Assembly (NCBI GenBank): GCA_038087875.1
Contig: JAXLNO010000146.1
Location: forward strand, 868,001-932,000
Length of the DNA stretch: 64,000 nt
Source of the DNA: Malacoraja senta
Taxonomy: Eukaryota
Reading direction: 5' to 3'
How positions within the stretch are numbered: position 1 is the first letter of the stretch; each line of letters starts with the position of its first letter. The notes beneath the pieces were generated by a model that worked only from the letters and a program-made list of their open reading frames with translations, ran no database searches and was not told the origin of the DNA. This document shows, one piece after another, positions 13,020 to 25,239 of this stretch. The position numbers and the translations under genes are program-made.

Positions 13020-13347
13020 AGCTCTGTCCCACAGTACGAGCTCATTCCAAGAGTTCTCCTGAGTTTGCCCTGATTCGAACTCTGAGATTTACGGTAATGG
13101 CCACTCGTCGGTACTCGGGGCTCTCGTGGATATTTTTCAACATGTTGAAAAATCTTCATGAGTCTTCCCGTGCTTACCTGCCGTTAGCGAGTCTTCCCAA
13201 GTACCTGCCGTTAGCGTTACTAGCCGCTAAGAGACGTCCCCGAGCTCCGACGTACCCGCTACGTTCATTCTCCGTGCTTACCACGAGTTTGATTTTTTTT
13301 TTACTCGGGAGAGGTCTTGGAGTGAACTCGTACCGTGGGACAGGGCT
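13020..13347. mobile_element. MITE with ~45-bp TIRs, PIF/Harbinger-like termini
   Basis: agctctgtcccacagtacgagctcattccaagag... versus ...gtcttggagtgaactcgtaccgtgggacagggct. Confidence 0.75.
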
Positions 13348-14281
13348 ATTACCAGCGGCGACAGCATGAATGTCCGTATCGCGCATTTCACCTACTCCGG
13401 CATTGCTATTAAGGCCACCATTTACTGCCCTTACTAGAGCATCTCACATAACATTTAGGAACCATCCAGACAAGGAACAGCAGATGCTGGAATGTTGACC
13501 TGAGCAGAGAGTACTGGAGGAACTGAGCAGATGAGACACCATTTGTGAAGGGAATGGATGGGCGATGTTTCAGGTTGAGAAACTTCTACAGACTGGTTGA
13601 ATCAGTCTGAAGATTTCCTCCACAGCTGCCGCTCACCAAATGAGTTACTCCTGCACTTTCTCATTTGAACCACAGTAGTCAGTCTGGCATCACGAAAGCT
13701 GGATAAGGATGGCAGATCTACTGTGATGAGGGGCATCAACAAACCTGAAGGGATTTTAGCACAATCTATTTTTTGTGGTCATTTTAATGGAGGCAAGTTG
13801 TTGCTAAATTCCAAATTATGAACTGAATTTAAATTACACAGTTTCCATAGTGTGATTTGAAGCTGATAGCAATGCTGAAAATGATGGAAGGCAGAGAGAG
13901 GGTAGACATTCATAACCTTCTTTCCCCAGGGTGAAAATGTGGAGGACCACAGGACGTGGGTTTAAGGTGAGGGGGATGAAGTTTAAAAATATCTACGGGG
14001 CAAGTTGTTTTTAACAAGAGGATGCCTGGAACATGTTGCTGGGGGAGATGGTGGAGGTAGACACAATAGTGGGATTTAAGAGGCTTTGAGAGAGGCACAT
14101 GGAAATGCATAGAATGGAGGTATAAGTTTCAGGCAGAAGAGATTAGTTTATCTTGGCTTCATTGTCGGCATGGACATTGTGGGCCGAAGGGTCTGCTCCT
14201 GTACTATACTGAACTCAGATCTTTAAATTGTTAGTTCAGGCCCCATGATTACCAGCCATGTTACATATCTGGTGTATCGTT

Positions 14282-14963
14282 ATAAGCGAGTTCGGTATTC
14301 CGACTGCGCATGCCCAGGTCGTAGGTCACTCGCGATAAACATTCTCGGCAGCTGTGCTGCTGCATGAATACAGACCTGCGTTTCATCCATAGTCAGGAAC
14401 AAACCCGTGTCTCCGATGCTGCAGGCGCTGTTGAATTGCTATTGGACCGTCCCTGCCCCTCCCAAGTGTCCCATCCATGTCCGGGGCAGCCGGGGATGTC
14501 CCTGGACTGATGGGACACTGGCCCGGAGCAGTGGCGGCCCAGGCTTACATCCAGCGCAAGGAAGAAGCGCTAACTGCAGCACAACTCTGCCCGTCTCGTC
14601 GGGTTAACCGACAGCCCTGGACTGACGAGACACCGGCCCGGAGCAGTGGAGTTAGCGCTTGTTCTCCACGCTGGCTGTAAGCCTGGGCCACCACTGCTCC
14701 GGGCCGGTGTCCCGTCAGTCCTGGGTCACCCCGGACATCTCTGGCCGCCGCCAGACAGATATGGGACACTCGACAGGGGACGGGGACTGTCCAGTAGCAA
14801 TTCAACAGCGCCTGCAGTGCCGGAGACACGGGTTCAATCCTGACTACAGATGAAACACAGGTCTATATTCATGCAGCAGCACAGCTGCTGAGAATGTTTA
14901 TCGCGAGTGACCTTTCACAAATCGCATGATTCCTTGCGTTTTTCGGAATACCAAACTTGCTTA
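14282..14963. repeat. ~680-bp imperfect palindrome (foldback/MITE-like)
   Basis: ataagcgagttcggtattccga / tcggaataccaaacttgcttat and aggtcactcgcgataaacattctc / gagaatgtttatcgcgagtgacct; centre near 14595. Confidence 0.85.
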
Positions 14964-15218
14964 TTGAACCTGTGGGCTGGCCCAGCCGAAATGTGTAGGA
15001 AGGACCTGCAGGTGGTAATTTACACTGAAGAGACACAAGATGTTGGAGTAACTCAACGGCTCAGCCAGCATCTCTGGATAAAAGGAATAGGTGACATTTC
15101 AGGACCAACCTTTTCTTAAGACTCGACCAAATGTGTAAATTTTTCTCATACCTCTATCAACATCTCTTCCATATTTCAAACACCATAATTCCTCGACTCT
15201 ACCAGAAGATAAATTTAC

Positions 15219-15337
15219 CTGGATTAATTAGCTTCAGCATCTGTTTCCACAGGTTGAACTGAAAGGGGCCGCCGATATCATCTTGCCTGAGGTCAATGGA
15301 AACTCTGGCGGGTCTCTGGAACTGCATGTTTTCACAC
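15219..15337 (-). CDS. TRIM gene A exon 5 (119 nt, linker)
   Basis: aacacag|(R)CENMQFQRPARVSIDLRQDDIGGPFQFNLWKQMLKLINP+G|gtaaat; GPFQ..WK.M linker motif; phase 2 to phase 1. Confidence 0.9.
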
Positions 15338-16269
15338 CTGTGTTGGAAATAAAAAGTATCTCTGAGATGTAAAAGTAGAATGATACACCCTATCTATGAT
15401 CTCACTTTATATACGTATCAGCACTGCCCGCAACTTCTGACTGTTCACAGACTACTATCCAAGACTGAGGTCATAGGGAAATATGAACAACATATATGAG
15501 AAATATATAAATCAAGTTATTCTATGCGTTGATTGGGGATAGTTATTGACCCCGGTGTATCAAGGAAGAATTGTCAGTTGTTTTTTTATAGTATTCTGCA
15601 AGAACTACCTCAGAAAGGAAATGGAGACCTCAACCAAAAAGCAGCACTTCTGATAGTCTTGTACTCCCTGTACTGCATCCCAAACCCTGGACTTTCCACT
15701 CGTCACTTTAATTTCATGTTCCATGTATCTTGTGTTTTATGACTGTTGGCGGACCAATTTCCCTCCTGGGATAAATAAAGTTCTATTGTATTGTATCATA
15801 TCTCATCCCTTGCACATGAGACATTGGTTTTTATTATCCATTGCTTCACAACCATCAGCTATTAACCTTCTCCATGGGTAATGGATATTCCTTCTGAACT
15901 GTGTGTGTTAGAGGAATTAAGTGTGAATATTTTGTCGAAGATGTGGAAAAGATGTACAATAACAGTGCTTTGGTTACATTGATTAGAAGGACTGAAGCCT
16001 CGGGGGCTTCCCAGGTAACGGGCAGGATAGGAGAGAGAAGCAGCGTTTTCCCAGTCTTTCCCAGTATTGATGAAGGGTTATTGACCTGAAATGTTGTCCC
16101 TGTTTCCCCACCTTTGGATACTGCTTGATCTGTTGAGGTCTCTGAGCAGTTCTTGTTTCTCCAATTGAATGTTTCCAATAGTAGGTAATTACCCTCCCTA
16201 CTGCCTCTCTCTTCTCGTCACCCAACACATTACATCCCATTTCTCCCCCTATTCTTGGCAACACAAGTG

Positions 16270-17035
16270 GATAGAGTGGCAAACAAAGCATGTTATATGC
16301 TTGTTTTCATTGATCAACTCATTGTGCATGAGTCGTTGCATTTAGTTCATTGTCACATGTACTGAAGTTCAAAGAAAAGCTTTTCTTGCATGCTAACTAG
16401 TCAGCAGAAAAACAATAGATGATTATAAACGAGCCATCCACAGTGTAGATACATGATAATAGGAATAATGTTTAGTGCAAAATAAATTCCAGTCGTGAAG
16501 TCATGATGCAGCTTTATTAGACATTTGTTAGGCCGCATATGGAGTATTGCATGCAGTTCTGCTCATCCCTTTACCCAGAGGATATGGAGGCTTTGGAAAG
16601 GTTTATCGGAATGATACCTGGATTAGGTGGTATTGGCTATAGCCAAGATGTTTGACAGACTTGGATTATTTTCTCTGGAACATCAGAGGTTAAGGGGAGA
16701 TCTATAGAATTATATAAAATTATGAGGAGCATACATACGTTAGACAGTGAGAACCCTTATCCCTGCATGTAAGTATCAAATACTGGAGGACAGTTTTAAG
16801 GTGAGAGGGGCAAAGTTTAAAAGAGATCCGCGGGACAAGTTTTTTTACACACAGAGGACGGTGAGTGCCTGGAAAATGCTGCCAGGGGCGGTGGTGGTCG
16901 CAGATACGGTGGTGGTATTGAAGAGACTTTTAGATATACAGGAAATGGAGGGATATGGATTATGTGCAAGCAGATAAGGGTTTGTCTTGGCATCATGTAT
17001 GGCATAGACATTGTGGGCTGAAGTGCCTGTTCTTC
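16270..17035 (+). mobile_element. Old CR1 3' fragment
   Basis: Degenerate RPHLEYC-type coding remnants and gggctgaagtgcctgttc tail. Confidence 0.7.
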
Positions 17036-17517
17036 CATCTAGATCCCTCCCTTTTGCTTTGCATTTCACCCATCTGCTCTTCTTATCTGACACATGTTTG
17101 TTGCCTTTTTATCTTGAGCCTGTGTCACTTATTCCACTGCCAATCAACCCCCCACCCCTACTTATCACTCGCCAGGCTTTGTCCCACACACTACACCTTC
17201 TCAGCTTTCTCCCTGCTACTACAATCAGTATGTAGAAGGGTCCTGACCAGGAATGTCACCTGTCCATTCCCTCTACAGATGCCGCTGAGTTCCTCCACCA
17301 CCCTGTGTTTTGCTCAAGATTTCAGCATCTGCATTTCTGTGTGTCTCTTCTTTATGTTCTGGATTTCCAGCCCCGAATGTTTTTTGCTCCAATTAACCAA
17401 GTATTCATTCACTTTGCAGGCCATTATCTGCTTGCACAATGCAAAGGATTACACGTGGAATGAGTTGCGTTACAGAATATATAAGTGTCAGCCAAATATG
17501 GACAATAAAGCACTTAC

Positions 17518-17540
17518 CGGCCAAGAATATTTTTAATATC
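17518..17540 (-). CDS. TRIM gene A exon 4 (23-nt micro-exon)
   Basis: tctctctttcag|GATATTAAAAATATTCTTGGCCG|gtaagt = DIKNILG(R); canonical 23-nt TRIM exon. Confidence 0.88.
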
Positions 17541-18812
17541 CTGAAAGAGAGAAGAAGATTGTTTTAGTTTTAGTTTTTAGTTGTGGAGATACAGCACAGA
17601 AACAGGCCCTTCGACCCACCGAGCCTGCGATCCCCGCACATTAACACTATCCTGCACGCACTAGGTACAATTTACATTTAAACCAAGCCAATTATCTACA
17701 AAATTGTACGTCTTTGGAGTGTGTGAGGAAACCGAAGATCTCTGAGAAAACCCACAGAGGTCACGGGGAAAATGTACAAACTCCATACAGACAGTACCCG
17801 TAGTCAGGATCAAACCGGGTCCCTGGTGCTGTAAGGCAGCAACTCTATCGCTGCACCACGGTGCTGCCTTTTATTACAACATTGCATTCCAAAGATCTGT
17901 CGGAAACTTAAACAATGGTAAAAATGCATTTCCAATTTTATTGAGTAAAAACTGCGTTTTGATTTTCCACTGAGTCACAAGATTTGGACACAGAATACGT
18001 TCAATACCGAACTCATAATGCGAAATTCAACAATAGCTCTCCCATCAGAAGCCTGTTGATACATTGCATAGATGGGTTTAGTTTTGTTTAGGTATACAAC
18101 ACGGAAACAGGCCAATTGCCCCACAAAGCCCATCCTGATCATCGATCACCCATTTGCATCAGTTCTAAGTTATTCCACTTTCCCATCCACTCCCTACACA
18201 CTATTGGCAATTTTACAGAAGCCAGTAAACCTACAAACCCACAACAGGAGCACCCGGAGAAAACCCACGTGGTCACAGGGAGAACATGCAAACTCTGCAC
18301 AGACAGTGCCCAAGCTCAAACAGAGAAAGGAAAATGGACAAGCACATCTGGTCAGGCAGCATCGGTGCAAGAGCAACGCAGAGTTAATGTTTAGTTTAGT
18401 TTAGTTTAGAGATACAATGCGGAAACAGGCCCTTCAGCCCACTGAGTCCGCACCAACCAGCGATCCCCGCACATTAACACTACCCTACTGCGGGCAATTT
18501 ACACTGATACCAAGCCAATCTTCAGGTTAATAATGTTAACTCTGATTCTTTCTTCACTGATGTGGACTTGATAAATATCAGCGACATTTTCGGCTTCTAT
18601 TTTTGATTTTCTGCATTTGCTTGTCAACCACAGCTTGCCTCGTGTGAACTGGGCACATCTTTTATTTTTTACACAGAGGGTGGTGGGTACCTTGACCGCG
18701 CAGCCAGAGGTGGTTTATTAGTTCAGTTTAGGGATACAATGTGGAAACAGGCCCTTCGGCCCACAGAGTCTACACCGACCAGTGATCCCCGCACATTAAC
18801 AATCCCCTACAG

Positions 18813-19870
18813 TTGGCAGACAGGAAACAAAGAGTAGGGATTAACGGGTCCCTTTCAGAATGGCAGGCATTGACTAGTGGGGTTCCGCAAGGCTCGGTGC
18901 TGGGACCGCAGCCAGTTACAATATACATCAATGATTTGGATGAAGGGATTCAAATTAACATTAGCAAATTTGCAGATGACACAAAGCTGGGTGGCAGTGT
19001 GAACTGTGAGGAGGATGCTATGAGAATGCAGGGTGAATTGGACAGGTTGGGGGAGTGGGCAGATGCATGGCAGATGAAGTTTAATGCGGATAAATGTGAG
19101 GTTATCCACCTTGGTAGCAAAAACAGGAAGGTAGATTACTATCTAAATGGCGTCAGGTTGGGAAAAAGGGAAGTACAACGGGATCTGGGGGTCCTTGTAC
19201 ATCAGTCTATGAAAGTAAGCATGCAGGTGCAGCAGGCAGTGAAGAAAGCGAATGGCATGTTGGCGTTTATAACAAGAGGAATCGAATATAGGAGCAAAGA
19301 GGTCCTTCTGCAGTTGTACAGAGCCCTAGTGAGACGACACCTGGAGTATTGTGTGCAGTTTTGGTCCCCTAATTTGAGGAAGGACTTTCATGCTATTGAG
19401 GGAGTGCAGCGTAAGTTTACAAGGTTAATTCCCGGGATGGCGGGACTGTCATATGCTGAGAGAATGGAGTAGCTGGGCTTGTACATTCTGGAGTTTAGAA
19501 GGATGAGAGGAGATCTCATTGAAGCATATAACATTGTTAAGGGTTTGGACACGCTAGAGGCAGGAAACATGTTCCCGATGTTGGGGGAGTCCAGTACTAG
19601 GTGCCACAGTTTAAGAATAAGGAGTAAGCCATTTAGAACGGAGACGAGGAAACACTTTTTCTCACAGAGAGTGGTGAGTCTGTGGAATTCTCTGCCTCAG
19701 AGGGCGGTGGAGGCCGGTTCTCTGGATGCTTTCAAGAGAGAGCTAGATGGGGCTCTTAAAATAGCAGAGTCAGGAGATATGGGGAGAAGGCAGGAACGGG
19801 GTACTGATTGGGGATGATCAGCCATGATCACATTGAATGGCCTACTCCTGCACCTATTGTCTATTGTCTA
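18813..19870 (+). mobile_element. CR1 LINE 3' fragment
   Basis: SGVPQGSVLGP, KFADDTKLGG, (ctattgt)n tail. Confidence 0.92.
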
Positions 19871-20688
19871 CACACACTAGGAACAATTTATAATTTTACC
19901 AAGCCAATTAACCTACAAACTGTGCAGGACGAAACTGAAGTAGGTCACGGCAGAATGTACAAAGTCCGTACAGACAGCACCCGTCTTCTGGGTGGAACCC
20001 GGGTCTCTGGTGCTGTGAGGCAGTCGTGCTACCGCTGCGCCACCGTGCTGCCATAGGTGGTGGTGCATGTCAATAAAATAGCAGCATCTAAGTGGCGTTT
20101 AGATAGGCACATGGATATGCAGGGCATGGAGCGATATGGATCATGTACAGACTGAAGGGATTAGTTTAGCTTGGAATCATATTCAGCTGTAAGATTGTGG
20201 GTTGAAAGGTCAGTTCCTGTGCTATGTCCCAAGTTCTATGTTCTATTAACAGAAAAACCGACTGTTAAAATTGAAGCTCACAGATCTATGAGGAAATGGT
20301 TCTTTGGTGCAGTAAACCTCTATTATTTCACCTTCTGACTATTTGGAAATCCTGATGCATCCAATTTGCCACATCACGTGCTGATTTCCCTGTTCCTTTT
20401 AACGCACCAGGATCTTAGTCACCATTGATAGACACAAAATGCTGGTGTACAGGGACAGGCAGCATCTCTGGGGAGAAGGAATGGGTGATGTTTCGGATCG
20501 TGACCCTTCTTCAGATTGAGTCAGGGGAGGGGGAGGGGGAGATACAGAGATAAGGAAGTTAAGGTGTGAGAACGAGACATCAAAGGGGGTGAATTGACGA
20601 AGAAAATGTCGAATACTGGAGCAGGCCCATTGTTAGCTGGGAGAAGGTAACTACAAAGCAAACAGAGATAACATGTAATCAGGACAGT

Positions 20689-20781
20689 CTGAAGAAGGGT
20701 TTCGGCCCGAAACGTTACCTATTTCCTTCGCTCCATAGATGCTGCTGCACCCGCTGAGTTTCTCCAGCATTTTTGTGTACC
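20689..20781 (+). mobile_element. ~92-nt hammerhead-bearing Penelope-derived insertion with 16-bp flanking duplication
   Basis: TGTAATCAGGACAGTC at 20674-20689 and 20782-20797; insert begins at the CTGAAGA core. Confidence 0.8.
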
Positions 20782-22400
20782 TGTAATCAGGACAGTCAGA
20801 CTGGTCGGAGTTCTGGGAAGGGGGAGGGGTGGAGAGAGAGGGAAAGCAAGGGTTACTTGAAGTTAGAGAAGTCAAACTATCTTTGGTTTAAACTAGCATC
20901 TGCAGTTCCTTCCTACTCTTAGTTGCCATTCATCCCTTTAGCATTCTGGTGCTAAATTTCCACACTTACAGCACAGCACAATACTGGAGCAGGCCCTTTG
21001 GCCCACAATATCTGTGCCAAACTTGATGCCAAGATAGACTAATCTCATCTGCCTGCATGTGACCATGACGTGCCTGTCTAAAAGCCCATAAACACCAGTA
21101 TTGGACCTGCATCCACCACCACCACCCCTGGTCGTGTATTCCAGGCACCAACCACCCTCGATTGTCCTGCACATCTCCTTTACATTTTGTCTCCTCACCA
21201 TAAAGCTATGCCCTCTAATCTTTCATATTTGCACCATAGGAAAGGGTTCTGACTCTCCACCCTTTGGCTCTCTTGACTTTATCTACTTCCATCAGGTATT
21301 CCTCAACCGGCATTCCAGAGAAAACTATCCAAGTTTGTCCATCCTCTTCGGATACTAATTCCCTGTAATCCAGGCATCATTCTGGTAAACATCTAGTGCA
21401 TTCTCTCCAAGGCCTCTACATACTTCTTATATTTGGGTGTCCAGAACAGCACACAATACTCCAAATGAGGTCTAACCAAAGTGCTAAAAATCTGCATTGT
21501 GTCTTCCCGACACTTCTACTCAATGCCCAACTAGTCTTTTCCTTTTCACTGGCTTGCAGAGCTTGGGTCTGACGTGATTCTGTGTGCTGATTGTGTCTAT
21601 AAGCTTGTGATGGTGCAGGAATCAAAATTTTCATTGTATCTGTCCTTCACTCTACATATTCATATGACAATAAACTCAACTTGACTTAACCAGTCTCACT
21701 TAAAACTCACCTGGGCCCCACTCCCCATCCATGCTTCCTTGAAACTTGCCTCGTTCTGCTTCTAGTGCTCTGTTTAAAGGTACCTGGTTAACTGGAACAG
21801 AAACAAAAATCTGGAGTAACTCAGTGGGCGAGGCAGCATCTCTGGAGAGAAGGAATAGGGTTTGGGTCGAGAACTTTGTATCCTCTTGTGGAAACCAGCA
21901 TCAGCAATTTCTTGTTTCGAAGTGTGTTGGATTATTAATGAATACGATCCAAGAGCCTGGAAAAGCTGCTATATTGGTTTAGAGTTTAGAAATAGGCCCT
22001 TCCGACCACCGAGTCCGCTCCTACCAGCGATCCTCACACATTGACATTACCCTACACACACTAGGGACAATTTACATTTCTACGAAGCCAATTAACCTAC
22101 AAACCTGCACGTCTTTGGAGTGTGGGAGGAAACCGAAGACCTCGGAGATAACCCACGCGGTCACGGGGAGTACGTACAAACTCCGTACAGACAGCACCCA
22201 TAGTCGGGATCGAACCTAGGTCTCTGGCGCTGTAAGTGCTGTAAGGCGGCAACTATACCACTGCGCCACCGTGCCACCCATTCTGGGACTGGTGCTGCCA
22301 AAGTTCTGAATGTGGACTGATGGAGTTCTCTACTCTACATTGGGTTTTAGAATTTAAATGGTAATGGCATCATGTTTCCCATGTAAACAATAGACAATAC

Positions 22401-22631
22401 CTGCATAAATTCTGCATCTTCTAGACACAGTTTTCCTTGCATGTCTGAGATTGCTTGCTTAAGTGATGCATGCTCTTCGGAGATTTTCTTCAGATTTTCA
22501 TCTTTTTGTTGCAATATGGCATTTTCCTTTTGCTCCAGTTTTGTTTTCAGCTCTTTCTCTTCCTGGTGCAAAAACTGGTGCAGTTCTTTGAACTTAGATG
22601 CAATGTTCTTCTGCAGAGCCGCAGATTCTTT
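22401..22631 (-). CDS. TRIM gene A exon 3 (231 nt, coiled coil)
   Basis: ccattag|KESAALQKNIASKFKELHQFLHQEEKELK...EDAEFMQ|gtattg; canonical 231-nt exon. Confidence 0.92.
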
Positions 22632-23479
22632 CTAATGGAATAAACAACAGGTGCATTTACCCAGTGCAAGGTGAGAAGTGTAGTTGTGGAGCATAGAACA
22701 GAAAACAGTACAGCACAAGAACAGGCCCTTTGTTCCACAATGCCACAGCTGAACATTATGTTAGGTTAAAACTGAAAACACACACCTCCAGATTCAGGGA
22801 CAGTTTCTTCCAGCTGTAATCACACAACTGAACCATCCTCTCACTAACTAGAGAGCGGTTCTGACCAACCATCTACCTTTGAACTATCTTTAATCGGACT
22901 TAACCTTTCTTTTTTATTTTAGAGATACAGCGTTGAAACTGGGCCTTTGGCCCATCAAGTCTGTGATGACCAGTGATCACCCATACACTAGCTCTACCCG
23001 ACACACTGGGGACAATTTACAGAAGCCATTTAACCTACAAACCTGCACATCTTTGGAATGTGGGAGGAAACATCTTTAAGGTGAGAGGAACAAGTTTAAA
23101 GGAGATGTGCGGTGCAAGTATTTGTATTTTCACAAAGGGTAGTGAGTGCTTGGAATGTGCTGTTGTAAGGGGGAGTGGTTGAGGCAGATACGTTAGTGGC
23201 ATTTAAGAGGCTGTTGGGTGGGCAAGTGAATGGTGGGATATGGATAATGTGCAGGCAGATAAGAGTTGGTCCTGTCATTATATTTGGCAGATATTGTGGG
23301 CCAAAGGGCTTATTCCTATGTCCCACGTTCTAGGATGGTGATGATTTGACACCGTGGTGCAGATTCAGTCTCCTTGTTTACAGAAGGCAGTGTTGAAAAG
23401 GTTCATTAACTTGACTCATCATTAAAAGGAGTTGTATTATATGGGAAGTGAATAAGATTCTGAGTGGAGTAGTTGACAG

Positions 23480-24590
23480 GCTCAGATTCAGATTCAGAAA
23501 ACTTTATTGTCTGTCGTAACAGAAAATCTTCTTTAACGTGGCTCAACATACAAACAGGACAATGTACTGATAAGCAGACATACAACACAGATTTCTGCGA
23601 GCACACACCGTGTGTATAGATCTTAAAAGCAAGTATAAGGATTAAAAACTGTAAAAATAGACAAGATGAAAGTTGTGGATACGTGTAAAGTGACAGTGCG
23701 TCAGGGTTAATTTGTCCATTGTTCATTTTTTATTTAAGCTGTTTATGGCAATGGGTATGAATGAGTTTTTGTGGATGTTTTTCTTAGATAGGGGGACTTT
23801 ATATCGGCGGCCTGATGGCAGAAGTTGGAAGGACTTGTGCAGGGGGTGGGTGGGATCCTGTGTAATGAGGTTGGCTTTCCTTTTAACTGCCTGGGTGTGA
23901 AGTACTGATAATTGATTTTGAGTTTTGCTAGTTATTTTGCTTGCTTGATTGATGATCCGGGAAAGCTTTGATTTGTCTTTGACAGAGGTGAGGGTGAACC
24001 AGGATGTGATGTTAAAGGTGAGTACAGATTCTATAAGTGATTTATAGACAGCTGTTAAAATGTCCTGTCTGACATCAAAGCTCCTGAGTTTCCTCAGCAG
24101 GAACAGGCGTTGCTGTGCCTTCTTGTACACAGAGTCTGGGTTCTGGGAGAAGGACAGGCGGGTGTCAATCTCTGTGCCCAGGTATCTAAAGGCCTCTACC
24201 TGCTCAACTGTCTGCCCATTCAGCCTCAGAGGTTCAAAGAGAGGTTGGGGGGAAGATTTCCGCCTCCCCCCACAACACAGCTCCTTGGTCTTGGAGATGT
24301 TAAGCTCCAGAGAGCTCTCTTTGATCCACAGCATCAGGGTGTTGACCTGCTGATAGTAGGCAGCCAGAGAAGTGTGATCCTTGATGTGGGCCACCAGGGC
24401 CATATCGTCTGCATACTTAAAAAGGGAAATGTCACTGTTATTGTTTGTTATGTTGTTTGTGTAGATGGAAAATAAAATCGGTGATAAAACACAACCCTGG
24501 GGGACACCAGTGTTTAAAATCATGTTCTTCGATTTAAAACCATTTACCACCACATGCTGAGGTCGGTCCTGCAGGAAGTCTTTTATCCAC
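23480..24590 (-). mobile_element. Rex1/Babar-type LINE RT 3' fragment
   Basis: 276-aa ORF with [36 protein letters not shown]; (tctgaa)n tail. Confidence 0.85.
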
Positions 24591-25239
24591 TTATCTTTTA
24601 TGTTATGTTGTAGGAAGTAAATGCAGATGCTGGTTTAAACCAAAGATAGACACAAAACACATTTCCTTATCTCTGTATCTCCCTCTCCCCTGATTCAGTC
24701 TGAAGAAGGGTCTCAACCCGAAAAGTCACCCATTCCTTCTATCTAGGGAGGCTGCCTGTCCCACTGTGTTACTCCAGCATTTTGTGTCTACCTTGTTGAC
24801 AGAATACTTCCTCGGATTGGGACAATCTAGAACAGGAGGTATAGATTTGGCCAATGGCTTTACCAACTGAAGGGAATGAAGAAAGAAATCTGAGTAATGA
24901 GCCCGAAGATAAGGTCCTGCTTCGAAAAGTCGCCTATCCGTTTCCTCCATTGATGCTGCCTGATTCCCTGAGCTCCTCCAGCACTTTGTGTTTTGTTCAA
25001 GATTCCAGCATCTGCAGTTCCTTTTATCTCCAAGGGAAAGAAAATGATTTTTGTTTGCTCAAACGTTTGTGAGTCTCTGGAAAACTTCAAACTGGAGAGA
25101 TGTCACAGATGGTTTGATGTAATAGTGAGGTCAAAAGTTATGACTGGAAAGGCGGGCAGGCTGGATGGAGCACATGGAGACACAAGGAAATGCAGATGCT
25201 GGAATCTTGAGCCAAATACAAAATGCTGTAGGAAATACA

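Noticed and set aside
14253..14268. 16-nt AG/GT-bounded candidate micro-exon that would fix the TRIM A phase
   Set aside because: It introduces an in-frame TAA (GAT ATG TAA).
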